A stretch of DNA of 32,000 nucleotides from Candidatus Pacearchaeota archaeon (GCA_026016245.1 CP061211.1:480001-512000); one strand, 5' to 3'; shown: positions 1 to 9,238, counted from the first letter of the stretch. The notes: generated by a model from the letters alone, not told the origin. Program-made: numbers and translations.

Positions 1-142
1 CTGTAATTAAAATGATCTGGCTATATTTAAGCACCCTATTAAAGAAGCTATCAAACTCTCCATCCTCAGCCTTAACAATAGAAAATGGCTGTATTGGCTC
101 TATTTTTTTAGGCTTTTTTCTGAATATATCAAAGATTCCCAT
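1..142 (-). CDS. Partial hypothetical protein (N-terminus MGIFDIFRKKPKKIEPIQPFSIVKAEDGEFDSFFNRVLKYSQIILIT...), runs off the window start
   Basis: Open minus-strand frame from ATG (complement of 140-142) to window edge, GAGG-type SD just upstream; basic/proline-rich N-terminus. Confidence 0.55.
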   Translation of the reverse strand, partial: MGIFDIFRKKPKKIEPIQPFSIVKAEDGEFDSFFNRVLKYSQIILIT

Positions 143-237
143 TAAAATCCTCTGTTTTAGGAATATAAAAGCTTTAGAAATCACTCTAAAGTGGTATCAA
201 AAGAAAGGTTTATAAATCAGGAAAGAGTTATAATTTT

Positions 238-1059
238 ATGTTAACAGATAAAGCATTAGTTGAAGAAATACTGGATAAAAAGAAGTACATAAAAAAGAAA
301 GGCTCTGATATATATGTCGTACTCGAAGAGCTCTTTGATGGGGCATTAGAAAGAGAGGCTCTGGAACATTCATTGAGAATAGAGTATCCTGTAGCAAAAG
401 CGCTAAAGAAAGGGAATACTAAAAAATATACTAAAGAAATTAAAAGATTGAGCAAAAACCTAAAGAAAGCGTGGGAGTTTGGAAAAAAGAACTTCACGAT
501 ACCTTTTGATAAAGATTTCTTAATAAAATTAGCTTATCAGATAGATCCTGAAGCATTTAGAACAAATGGTGGATTGATAAAAGATTATAGAAAGTTCAAT
601 GTTAGAGTGCGTGGTTCTTGTATAAAACCTCCTTATCCAGAGAAATTAAGACTTTCTATGAAAAGGTTTTTTGATGGTTTAGATCAACTTTATGGGGAAT
701 GTAAAAACAGAACAGCATATGTGCCTGAAAGATATTTTGATATAGGTTCTTGGATGCATTTGCATCTTGCTAGAATACATCCTTTTGAAGACACAAATGG
801 TAGGACATCTAGAATGGCCAATAATCTTTATTTAAGAAGTTCAAATTCTTTTCCTCCTATCATAATTTATGAAGGAGAAAGGCAGGATTATGAAAATCAT
901 ATAGAAAAAGCGTTGATAGGATTTAGAGAAAGAGATGGCAGGAAAAATTTGGCTGCAAAAAGAGATGAGCTTTCAGGAGGAGAAAGAGAATTTTATGATT
1001 ACTTGGCTGGTAAGCTTAATACCAGTCTTGACAAGGTTATTGAAAAGAAAGGCGCTTAA
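238..1059 (+). CDS. Fic family protein
   Basis: Motif HPFEDTNGRTSR (Fic HxFxxxNGRxxR). Confidence 0.85.
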   Translation: MLTDKALVEEILDKKKYIKKKGSDIYVVLEELFDGALEREALEHSLRIEYPVAKALKKGNTKKYTKEIKRLSKNLKKAWEFGKKNFTIPFDKDFLIKLAYQIDPEAFRTNGGLIKDYRKFNVRVRGSCIKPPYPEKLRLSMKRFFDGLDQLYGECKNRTAYVPERYFDIGSWMHLHLARIHPFEDTNGRTSRMANNLYLRSSNSFPPIIIYEGERQDYENHIEKALIGFRERDGRKNLAAKRDELSGGEREFYDYLAGKLNTSLDKVIEKKGA

Positions 1060-1095
1060 GAAAAGAATTTTAAATTCCTTTTTCTTTGTTTTATT

Positions 1096-1761
1096 ATGAT
1101 TGATTTTGATGAATTAATTGATGAGCATATAAAAAGAGAGTATAAGCCGAAAGGTATAGGAAGATATTATCCTTCTGAGGCTGGTAGCTGTTTAAGAAAG
1201 GTGTGGTATTCTTATAAATATCCTACAGAAATAGCTCCTGAATTGAGAAAGATTTTTGAAATGGGCAATATAATACATGATTTTATTGTTCAAGTCTTAA
1301 AGTCAGAAAAGACACCACAAGTCGAGCTTCTTAAATCAGAATTTCCTTTCAAAGAGCAAATTGAAGATTTCACAATATCAGGAAGAATTGACAATCTTAT
1401 CAAAGTTAAAATTAGCGGCAAAATCTATCTTGTAGAAATAAAAAGTAGTGCAGGCATAAGGTTTGTTAAAGAAGCTTCCCCACACAATGTCCAACAACTT
1501 CAATTATACATGCATTTTATTGGAGTTCATAACGGTCTTTTAGTCTATATTGACAAATCCACACTAAAAACAAAAGTTTTTGAAATTAATTATGACAAAG
1601 AAAAAGCCCAAAAAATCCTAGAGAGATTCAAACTTCTTCATAAATTATTAACAACAAACACACTACCAGAACCAGAGGCAAGAAAACATGAGAAAACTAA
1701 GTGGATGTGTAGGTATTGTGAATATAAAGATAGGTGTCATAAAGACACCTCAAGAATATAA
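1096..1761 (+). CDS. Cas4/RecB-like PD-(D/E)XK nuclease, not CRISPR-associated here
   Basis: GRIDNLI...YLVEIKSS nuclease core plus N-terminal Cys and C-terminal CxxCxxxxxC (CRYCEYKDRC) as in Fe-S Cas4-like proteins; no cas genes or array nearby. Confidence 0.75.
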   Translation: MIDFDELIDEHIKREYKPKGIGRYYPSEAGSCLRKVWYSYKYPTEIAPELRKIFEMGNIIHDFIVQVLKSEKTPQVELLKSEFPFKEQIEDFTISGRIDNLIKVKISGKIYLVEIKSSAGIRFVKEASPHNVQQLQLYMHFIGVHNGLLVYIDKSTLKTKVFEINYDKEKAQKILERFKLLHKLLTTNTLPEPEARKHEKTKWMCRYCEYKDRCHKDTSRI

Positions 1762-1815
1762 AAATTATTTCTTGACTGCTAAAAAATATTTAAACCTTTC
1801 CCAATAATTAATAAT

Positions 1816-2370
1816 ATGAAACAAAAGCTATTAAGCAAATCTTTCTTCAACAAAGATACAGTAAAAACTGCAAAAGCTCTGCTTGGGAAAATAATCAAAT
1901 ATAAGAATACATCTGGAATAATAATAGAAACAGAAGCTTACAAAGGAAAAGAAGATGGTGATGAGGCAAGCCATGCATTCAAAAAAACAGAAAGAAGCGA
2001 GTTAATGTACAACAGTTATGGCAAATTCTATATTTATTTTATTTATGGAAATTATTACTGTCTTAATATCACAGCAGAAAAAAACAAACCAGGAGCTGTA
2101 TTAATCAGAGCAATTAAACCAATAAAAGGAATAAAGAATATGGAAAAAAGAAGACAAAGGAAAGATAACTTGACAGATGGTCCTGGAAAATTATGCCAAG
2201 CCTTAAACATAACTAAAGCCTTAAATGGAACAGATATTAATGACAAAATTAAAATACTAAAAGGAATAAAAATAAAAAATTCTCAAATAGGTTGTTCAAG
2301 TAGAATAGGGATAAATAAAGCTCAACATTTAAAATGGAGATTTTTTGTTAAAGAAAAAGATGCCAGCTAA
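1816..2370 (+). CDS. 3-methyladenine DNA glycosylase (Mpg/AAG family)
   Basis: KTAKALLGKII...IIIETEAYKG.EDGDEASHA...YGKFYIYFIYGNYYCLNI...LTDGPGKLCQALNI. Confidence 0.9.
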   Translation: MKQKLLSKSFFNKDTVKTAKALLGKIIKYKNTSGIIIETEAYKGKEDGDEASHAFKKTERSELMYNSYGKFYIYFIYGNYYCLNITAEKNKPGAVLIRAIKPIKGIKNMEKRRQRKDNLTDGPGKLCQALNITKALNGTDINDKIKILKGIKIKNSQIGCSSRIGINKAQHLKWRFFVKEKDAS

Positions 2371-3235
2371 TGTAACCCCTCAATTCAAAAAAGCTCAAGC
2401 AGAATTTCTAGCAGCCAGAACTATAGAAGAAAAAATAGAAAGACTAAAGATAATGATTTCGCTAGCTCCTAAACACAAAGGGTCTGAAAATTTACTAGCA
2501 AATCTAAAGTCAAGATTAGCAAAATTAAAGCAAGAGTTACAGAGGCAGAAGAAAATCAGGAAACATAAAAAAGGATTAGGAAAAGAAGGAGATGCTCAAA
2601 TTACTTTAATAGGATATGCAAATTCAGGAAAATCTTTATTACTAAACAAACTAACCAGAGCAAGGTCAATAGTAAGCAAATTTCCTTATACAACAGCTAA
2701 ACCAGAGCAAGGAATGTTAAATTTAGGTGCTCTCGTACAAGTTCTTGATCTTCCGTCGTTAAAAGATAATGATGAAGATAATGAAATCCTTGGCTATGCA
2801 AATAATTCAGATCTTGTCCTTGTTGTTGGATGTTCAATAGATAAAATAAAAAAAATATTATCAAAGATAAAGAATAAAAATGTCTTAGTAGTAATAGATA
2901 AGGCTGATATAATAGATACAGAAAAGATAAAGAAAGAATTTTCAGGATCAATAGATATAAGTGCATTAACAGGACAGAATCTTAATTTACTAAAGAAAAA
3001 AATATTTACTTCTTTAAACATCATAAGAATTTACACAAAACATCCAGGAAGAAAGCCAGAAAAAAGACCAGTGATATTAAAAGAAAATTCAGTTGTCGAA
3101 GATTTAGCAAGGAAAGTTCATAAAGATTTCATAAAACAGTTTAAGTTTGCTAAAATCTGGAGAAAAAATACCATCAAAAGAGTTGGTCTCAAATATATTT
3201 TAAAGGATAGTGATGTTATTGAACTCCACATATAA
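2360..3235 (+). CDS. OBG/DRG-type GTP-binding protein with C-terminal TGS-like domain
   Basis: G1 GYANSGKSLLLNKLT, G3 VLDLPSL, G4-like VIDKAD; C-terminal IYTKHPGRKPEKRPVILKENSVVEDLARKVHKDF. Start taken at MPANVTPQ (2360) rather than track start 2345; overlaps the glycosylase stop. Confidence 0.85.
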   Translation: MPANVTPQFKKAQAEFLAARTIEEKIERLKIMISLAPKHKGSENLLANLKSRLAKLKQELQRQKKIRKHKKGLGKEGDAQITLIGYANSGKSLLLNKLTRARSIVSKFPYTTAKPEQGMLNLGALVQVLDLPSLKDNDEDNEILGYANNSDLVLVVGCSIDKIKKILSKIKNKNVLVVIDKADIIDTEKIKKEFSGSIDISALTGQNLNLLKKKIFTSLNIIRIYTKHPGRKPEKRPVILKENSVVEDLARKVHKDFIKQFKFAKIWRKNTIKRVGLKYILKDSDVIELHI

Positions 3236-3271
3236 ATTTATAAACTAAACCTAGTTCTTTAATTTTTAAAA

Positions 3272-3508
3272 ATGGCAACATATACAGGATTATATATAGA
3301 ACTTTATAGTCATCTAGCAACAAGGATAATGGAGGAGCAAGAAAGGCTAGGGCCAGAGAATGAATTAGTAAAAAAACTTAAAATAGTTGATACTAAGAAA
3401 GGGCATTTTGGTCCTTTTGATCAGCTAAAAAAAGAATATCCTAATTTGAGTGAAAGGGATATTTTAATAGAATATCTGAAAAAATTAACTGATGAAAACA
3501 GAAATTAA
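3272..3508 (+). CDS. Hypothetical small protein
   Basis: Complete ORF, co-directional just after the GTPase gene, TATA-like stretch upstream. Confidence 0.55.
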   Translation: MATYTGLYIELYSHLATRIMEEQERLGPENELVKKLKIVDTKKGHFGPFDQLKKEYPNLSERDILIEYLKKLTDENRN

Positions 3509-3861
3509 AGATTAAAATGGAAGACATTGCCTGATGAAGAAAAAAATATGTTATATATGTCATTAATATCTATTTGTATTGGTAATGATTTCTATCTTAA
3601 AGCTGATAATGGTGGTTGTTTGGTAGTAGAAACAGCAAAAGAAAAAGAAGAGTTAAAACATTATTAGAAAAATCATTGTAAATAGGAATATAAATCTAAG
3701 TGTAAAGCTAATAAATCATAACTCATCCAAAAGATTCTTTACTTTTTAAAGATATTTTAATTCCAAGTTTTCTTATTTCAGCATAATTTTTTAATTTATC
3801 TATGGCCTCTTTTAACATAATTTATTTAAAGTGAACTTCTTTATAAATATTGCCAGGGAAA

Positions 3862-4274
3862 ATGCCAACTTATGAAGAAAAACAATAAGAAGTAATAGCT
3901 CTCTTGAATTATGCTGGGATAGATTTGATGAATGAAAAAGTTATTCTTGGTTATTGTACATTTTCAGGCAAAGAAATAATAAGTGAGGAAAGTAACTGGA
4001 AGGGGAGCATCCTGTAGCATATGGATTATATAAATTTGGTGACAAAGATAAACCAAAATATCTTGTTTTATCTGCAGTATTAGATAAGAAATATAGTGAT
4101 GAGGAAGGAGTTTTTATTTTAACTCATGAAATTTTACCAGAAGCACCAGATTTAAAAGAATATAAGATGCCAGATATCAAAAACAAGGAAGCTTACAATT
4201 ATGGTGGAAATCATCTGGAAAATTTAATTGATGGCATTATAATAAGAGAACAAGAAAAGGGGATTATTCACTAA
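3862..4274 (+). pseudogene. Decayed or mis-assembled hypothetical gene
   Basis: Frame from 3862 has TAA at 3886 and then must shift at the GGGG run 4002-4005 to continue as ...NWKG/EHPVAYGLYKFGDKDKPKYLVLSAVLDKKYSDEEGVFILTHEILPEAPDL...REQEKGIIH*. Confidence 0.55.
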
Positions 4275-4441
4275 GATTTAGATTTTTTCATCTCTTCCAT
4301 CTTAGCCTTCCCCAGAAATCAGCTGAGGCTCAAATCACCTCTAAACTAGCAAGATTGTGGAATTTTTAAATATTATGGCTTGTGAACGAGAAAGATTTAT
4401 AAATAAGGACCAAATTGATATCTAATAGGAGGATTTTTGAA

Positions 4442-4735
4442 ATGCCATATAGAGATTCTAGAAGAGGCACTGGAAGAGGAAGGAGCGGCCCCCGTAAATT
4501 TGGTGGTCAGAGAAGGTTTGGCGGTCCACGTAGATTTGGGCCACGAGAGATGCACAAAATAACATGTGCTGAATGCGGAAAAGAAGCAGAAGTTCCTTTC
4601 AAACCTTCAGGAGACAGGCCAGTTTATTGCAAAGAGTGTTTTATGAAAAGGAAAGGAATAAAACCTAGAGAAGAAAAAGAAGAAAAGGAAAAAACTGAAA
4701 AGCCAGAAGAAGTCGAAGAAGCCAAAGAAGAATAA
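4442..4735 (+). CDS. RG/FGG-rich protein with a CxxC...CxxC zinc ribbon and acidic/Lys tail
   Basis: ATG at 4442 preceded by AGGAGG; RRGTGRGRSGPRKFGGQRRFGGPRRFG; CAECGKEAEVPFKPSGDRPVYCKECF. Confidence 0.8.
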   Translation: MPYRDSRRGTGRGRSGPRKFGGQRRFGGPRRFGPREMHKITCAECGKEAEVPFKPSGDRPVYCKECFMKRKGIKPREEKEEKEKTEKPEEVEEAKEE

Positions 4736-4784
4736 GTATAAGAATAAATCAAACTATTTCTTATTTTTTATTTTTATTATATTT

Positions 4785-5099
4785 TTAATAATTTCTATGA
4801 GTTTTAACTACATTCAAGCCTTGCTTTTTAAGCCTAGAAGCAAGATTAATAGGGATAGTCTCTTCATCTAGTGTTATTGGAATTGGCAAAACATTATAGC
4901 CTTTAATAATATAAGAATCACATAAACCATTCTTATTCTGGTCATAACATTCTAGAACATATTGTGCTTTTTCTTCAAGTGGGCCTTTTGCAGGAATCAC
5001 TACCCTATTTACTCCAGTACTAGTACATCCTCCTAATATCACTAAAACACCAACAGTTTCAATTATTTCTTTTAATGACATTTTAGTTATTTGTAACAA
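4785..5099 (-). CDS. Hypothetical protein with possible lipobox/signal region
   Basis: GVLVILGGCTS near N-terminus; ORF only. Confidence 0.4.
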   Translation of the reverse strand: MLQITKMSLKEIIETVGVLVILGGCTSTGVNRVVIPAKGPLEEKAQYVLECYDQNKNGLCDSYIIKGYNVLPIPITLDEETIPINLASRLKKQGLNVVKTHRNY

Positions 5100-5439
5100 T
5101 AATAAATTTCCTCAATTTAACAAGCATTTCCAAAGGAATATTTGTTTTTATTGCTTTGTCTCTTAATTCTCTTTCATCAAGATCAACAAGTCTCTTTCCT
5201 AAGCGTGTTTCAGTAAATCCCCCCCTATTTTCCAGCAAAACATCTTCTTTGTCAGTAGAATACAAAACTAGAGCTTTTTTAGAGCTGACATCTCCCAAAG
5301 ACCTAGTTTCATGAATACCAATTAGATTTTCCCTATTTATCTTGTCTCTAAGATGGCTTGCAAGATAATGAAAATCAGTATAACTATTCCATACCTTATC
5401 TCCATGCCTTCCTATAACATATTGCTTTTCCATTTCCAT
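5083..5439 (-). CDS. Hypothetical protein
   Basis: ORF, overlaps the downstream ORF start (4785..5099). Confidence 0.5.
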   Translation of the reverse strand: MEMEKQYVIGRHGDKVWNSYTDFHYLASHLRDKINRENLIGIHETRSLGDVSSKKALVLYSTDKEDVLLENRGGFTETRLGKRLVDLDERELRDKAIKTNIPLEMLVKLRKFIIVTNN

Positions 5440-5548
5440 TATAATCTCAATAGCTTTAAATTGATTTTTGTATTATAAAATATATCTTGCATTATAAAGT
5501 GTAAAAATTATTAAGGCTGGGGAATTTAAAAGCAAAAGGTTTTTAAGC

Positions 5549-5566
5549 GTATATCAATTGATATAC
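5549..5566. promoter_or_regulatory. Perfect 18-bp palindrome GTATATCAATTGATATAC, likely operator of the downstream wHTH gene
   Basis: Self-complementary sequence located 26 bp before ATG 5592, overlapping AT-rich promoter-like DNA. Confidence 0.6.
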
Positions 5567-5591
5567 ATATAAAATTGATAAAGGAATTAAA

Positions 5592-5894
5592 ATGCCGTTG
5601 CAAATTCAAAGAAAAAATGACTATTGCAAAGAAATATCAAGATTATTCAGATCCCCAACTCTAGAGACTGTATTGATGGTGGAAAAAACTATAAAGAGGT
5701 ATAGTGGAGAATTTAATAGAAGAAAAATCTGGCAAAAGCTTCCTAGAAAGGTCATGTGGCAGACATATGTAAAGATATTAGATTATTTACAAAGTATAAA
5801 TAAAATAGCTATTTCTAAGAAAGGCATATTGGTCTATATTTGGAACCCAAAGTTAGCTAAGAAATTCATGAAATTAGGCAGGAGAAAATTATGA
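5592..5894 (+). CDS. Small winged-helix-like DNA-binding protein, putative antitoxin/regulator
   Basis: IWQKLPRKVMWQTYVKILDYLQSINKIAISKKGILVYIWNP resembles wHTH (helix-wing); palindrome upstream; ATGA overlap with next ORF. Confidence 0.55.
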   Translation: MPLQIQRKNDYCKEISRLFRSPTLETVLMVEKTIKRYSGEFNRRKIWQKLPRKVMWQTYVKILDYLQSINKIAISKKGILVYIWNPKLAKKFMKLGRRKL

Positions 5895-5974
5895 TAAAGC
5901 CATCTAAGGTGATATTTGCAGATGCTAAATTGGAAAAGACCTATTTTCAGTTAAATAATTTAGATATTGATTAA
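5891..5974 (+). pseudogene. Truncated RelE-like toxin N-terminus (27 aa)
   Basis: MIKPSKVIFADAKLEKTYFQLNNLDID* begins in the ATGA overlap and resembles the start of archaeal RelE-like toxins; no continuation in any frame before 6017. Confidence 0.45.
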
Positions 5975-6016
5975 ACAAGCGTAAAAGTTATAATCTCTTT
6001 TTTATTCTTCTTAATC

Positions 6017-6379
6017 ATGAAAACATTATCTTTAAAACAGCCATGGGCAGAATTAATATTGCAAGGCAGAAAAAAGATAGAAATAAGAAAATGGAACACA
6101 AAATTTAGAGATCCTTTTTTGATTCATGCTTCTAAAATTCCTGATGAAAAAGCTATGAAAAAATTCAACTTCAAAACCCTGCCCTGTGGCTTTATTATAG
6201 GAAAAGCAGAGTTAGTAGATATCAAACATTATAAAAATGAGGAAGAATTCAATAAAGACAAACAGCTTCATTTAGCAACAAGTGGCTGGGGCAATTATGG
6301 TTTTATTTTAAAGAATGTCAAGAGAATCAGACACATCAAATGTAAAGGCTCCCTAGGTTTCTGGGATTTTAAGTTATAG
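6017..6379 (+). CDS. ASCH/PUA-like domain protein
   Basis: SLKQPWAELILQGRKKIEIRKWNTKFRDPFLIHASK typical ASCH start. Confidence 0.85.
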   Translation: MKTLSLKQPWAELILQGRKKIEIRKWNTKFRDPFLIHASKIPDEKAMKKFNFKTLPCGFIIGKAELVDIKHYKNEEEFNKDKQLHLATSGWGNYGFILKNVKRIRHIKCKGSLGFWDFKL

Positions 6380-6385
6380 TAAAAC

Positions 6386-8365
6386 TTAAAAATTGTGAGT
6401 TCTAAAAACTCTTACATCAGGAGATAAAAGAAAGATATGGTCTTCTCTGCTTCTTAAACCGCGATATATTCTTTGTAAAAACTCTCTTCTTGCTTTGTCT
6501 ATATAAAACATATTATAATATTGGGGTTTAGTTCTCTTTAAAATTCTCCAAAAAAGCGAATTAACATTTGGATAAGGATATTTAGTCAGAATTATACTAT
6601 TACATATTTCTCCTGGAAAATCTACCCCCCTATTACATTTTGTGGAAAATAAAATTTCTATTTCTCCTTGCTTGAATTTTTTAACAGCTTCTCCTACACT
6701 ATCTTGTTGCTGTAGATATCTAAGTTTTTTCTGAGTCATAATATTCAAATTAAACTCTTTTATTTCTTGTTCAGTTGGAAGATCTTTAAAAGAATTAACA
6801 TGAACCAAAACAGGTTTCTTTGCCTTTTCTATACTTTTTGATAATGCCAAAAGATACTGTTTTCTTGTTATTCTTCCTTTTTGAAAATTTTTATATCTAC
6901 AATCAATTTCAAATTTTGTTTTTAAAAAGTCGATTTTTCCAGGAGTTTTAGTTTCTGCTTCAATAATCTTGAAATTATCCAGACCAAAAATATTTTTTAG
7001 AACATCTTTAGAGTGTATTGTGCCTGACATCAATACAATAATCTTATTTTTATCAAGAAGCTCTTTAAACTTTTTCTCAAGATTTGTTGTTACTAATCTA
7101 ACAATAAACTCTTTTCCTTTATCTCTGTATGATTCTTCTTTACAAAAAGAAAGATATGTTTCATCAAAAAAATTATCAAAAGTTTTAGCTACTTCTTCTA
7201 TATGATAACAATAATTTTCTTCATCACATTCAACACAATTCATAAGATCAGAATCTAAAAAATATTTCAGCAAATCAAAAATTTCACTATTCTTTATATG
7301 AATGATTTTCTCACTCAGAATATATTCCTCAATTTGCTTATCTTTGTCTTTTAAAATTTCATTTGATAGAGCTATTAATTTATTAATTATTTTTTGTGTT
7401 TTTTCATCTTCTGTAAACAACCCTCCTAAAGCCAAATTAAGTCTATTAAGATTAATTTTCTTAGTATTTGAGAAACTGTCTAAAAATTCATCACATTCAT
7501 CTATAATCTCTATTTCTGTGGTTGGCTTTCTGTTCATCAATGTTTCTAATTTATATTTCTGGCTGTTAAAAATTATTACATCTGCATCAATATAAGCATT
7601 AAACTGGTCATAATAACCACAACCTCGTTTTCTTTGATGAATTGTATAATTTCTATCCATCAAACCAGTATAATTCCTTTGATTAGCCTTTAAATTAAGT
7701 TTTATTTCAGAAGGAACAATAGGACTCCAGTAAGGACATATGGGGGCTATAGACATTCTTCTCACATCATTTATAGAAATAAAAGCTGTGTCTATTTTAG
7801 GATTCTTTTTTAAATACTCTCTAATTTTCTTGGAATTTTTTTCTTTAATCTCAATTCTACAAGGAAGAAATGGATTATCACATAAAATATAGTCCTTTTC
7901 CAGGTTATATTTTTCATTTAACTCATTATCTTCATTATTCTTAAAATCATCTCCAAAATCACTTAATTTAGAGTCCTTTTGCTCTTTTTCCTTCTGCACT
8001 AATTTTTGCATCTTTTCTTGTTCTTGTAAATAAGGACATATATGATTAACTCTTCCTGTTATAACTTTGATTTTTAATTTTTGGCTATTTTCCTTTAATA
8101 GATACTTTTTACTTGTATAATCATCTTCATACTGCTTTTGTAAGGCTTTGGATGGAACAACAATAGAGGTTTTTCCAATTTCTTTTGCTAAATTTAAAGC
8201 CACTATGCTTTTTCCAGTGCCACAAACTCCTTTAATAAAAATAACTTTATATCCTTCATCAATTGCTTCAAGGACCTCTTTAACAATATCTTCCTGGCTT
8301 TTATTATTAGAAAAAATCAATGGTTTCAATATCTCATTTTTATTATTTTCATATAAACTCCACAT
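6386..8365 (-). CDS. SF2 DNA helicase of XPD/DinG-like type
   Basis: Walker A GVCGTGKS; motif II-like IIDECDE; several Cys between motif I and II (CPYL, CDNPFLPC, CPYW); C-terminal TKCNRGVDFPGE...YRGLRSREDHI. Confidence 0.75.
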   Translation of the reverse strand: MWSLYENNKNEILKPLIFSNNKSQEDIVKEVLEAIDEGYKVIFIKGVCGTGKSIVALNLAKEIGKTSIVVPSKALQKQYEDDYTSKKYLLKENSQKLKIKVITGRVNHICPYLQEQEKMQKLVQKEKEQKDSKLSDFGDDFKNNEDNELNEKYNLEKDYILCDNPFLPCRIEIKEKNSKKIREYLKKNPKIDTAFISINDVRRMSIAPICPYWSPIVPSEIKLNLKANQRNYTGLMDRNYTIHQRKRGCGYYDQFNAYIDADVIIFNSQKYKLETLMNRKPTTEIEIIDECDEFLDSFSNTKKINLNRLNLALGGLFTEDEKTQKIINKLIALSNEILKDKDKQIEEYILSEKIIHIKNSEIFDLLKYFLDSDLMNCVECDEENYCYHIEEVAKTFDNFFDETYLSFCKEESYRDKGKEFIVRLVTTNLEKKFKELLDKNKIIVLMSGTIHSKDVLKNIFGLDNFKIIEAETKTPGKIDFLKTKFEIDCRYKNFQKGRITRKQYLLALSKSIEKAKKPVLVHVNSFKDLPTEQEIKEFNLNIMTQKKLRYLQQQDSVGEAVKKFKQGEIEILFSTKCNRGVDFPGEICNSIILTKYPYPNVNSLFWRILKRTKPQYYNMFYIDKARREFLQRIYRGLRSREDHIFLLSPDVRVFRTHNF

Positions 8366-8498
8366 GATTATATTTAAAACAAAAGCCTTTTAAGAATTTG
8401 TGTGATGTGGAAAGTGCAAAGGAAAGGGATTACAAATTAGCAAAATCTCAAAATAAAATCAAATTAGAATTAAAAAAACTTTTACTTTTCTATTTACT

Positions 8499-8723
8499 TT
8501 ATTCTTCTTTCTTTTCTTCCTTTTTACCTTTTAGCTTTTCAACTTCTTCTGCTTTAGGGCCTTTATCTCCCTCAACAGCTTTAAAAGAAACCCTATCGCC
8601 TTCATCAATTTCAACACCTTCCTTTAATCCGTCTCCATGGACAAAGTAAGATTTTCCATCATCTCCATTGATAAAACCATAGTTTCTTGTTCTGTTAAAA
8701 AACTTTACTGTTCCTTCAACCAT
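8499..8723 (-). CDS. Cold-shock domain protein with charged tail
   Basis: MVEGTVKFFNRTRNYGFINGDDGKSYFVHGDGL = CSD with RNP motifs; start assigned to internal Met (track start 8744). Confidence 0.85.
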   Translation of the reverse strand: MVEGTVKFFNRTRNYGFINGDDGKSYFVHGDGLKEGVEIDEGDRVSFKAVEGDKGPKAEEVEKLKGKKEEKKEE

Positions 8724-8850
8724 CCCAAAATCAAGAATTTTCATCTTTTAAATGTTTAGTTTGACAGAAAGCGTAAGAATTATAAATCCCAAATTCCCTT
8801 ACAAAACTGAGGTGGTGGCGCCTCAGAGCCTAATTCTGAGAGAGATTATA

Positions 8851-9207
8851 ATGGCAAAGAAATTAATAGATATGAAAAAGATTTTATTGTTTCCAGGAAG
8901 CAAAGGAGAATTAGAAGAAATTACAGGGAAACAATATAGGTTTGTAAAAACTAAATATTCTCAGGGATATACAGGTGAAACTGAAACAGAGACTCATATC
9001 AAAAGAATTCTATTTAAATCTCTTTTCGTTGGTGTTCAAGGAAAAGATTCTAGAGAAGCTTCTAATAGATTCTCTGATGAAATTGATTTATTGAGGGAAC
9101 ATCATCATCTAAAAATTGATGCTTTTGTCTATTATCAGGTGGGACAAGGAGATGGTATTGTTTATACGATGGGAGTTCCAGTAGCAGAAAAAAGAAAGAA
9201 AGCGTAA
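8851..9207 (+). CDS. Hypothetical conserved-looking protein
   Basis: MAKKLIDMKKILLFPGSKGELEEITGKQYRFVKTKYS...; the track's start at 8752 would place the structured leader inside coding sequence. Confidence 0.55.
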   Translation: MAKKLIDMKKILLFPGSKGELEEITGKQYRFVKTKYSQGYTGETETETHIKRILFKSLFVGVQGKDSREASNRFSDEIDLLREHHHLKIDAFVYYQVGQGDGIVYTMGVPVAEKRKKA

Positions 9208-9238
9208 AAGTTATAAGATTCTTTCTTCTAAATTTAGT

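Noticed and set aside
12-215. Plus-strand 67-aa ORF
   Set aside because: Low-complexity; the opposite strand encodes a more protein-like start MGIFDIFRKKPKK with SD
228-497. Minus-strand 89-aa ORF over the Fic gene
   Set aside because: Phe/Ser-rich antisense shadow of a gene with clear motifs
2055-3024. Minus-strand ORFs 2055-2246, 2697-2966, 2794-3024
   Set aside because: Antisense shadows of the glycosylase and GTPase genes
4015-4017. In-frame TAG considered as possible pyrrolysine or recoding
   Set aside because: The protein-like sequence downstream is in a different frame, so the TAG is read only after the frameshift; no PYLIS-like element or pyl genes
6969-8649. Plus-strand ORFs 6969, 7302, 8148, 8398
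   Set aside because: Leu/Ser/Phe-rich shadows of the helicase and cold-shock genes
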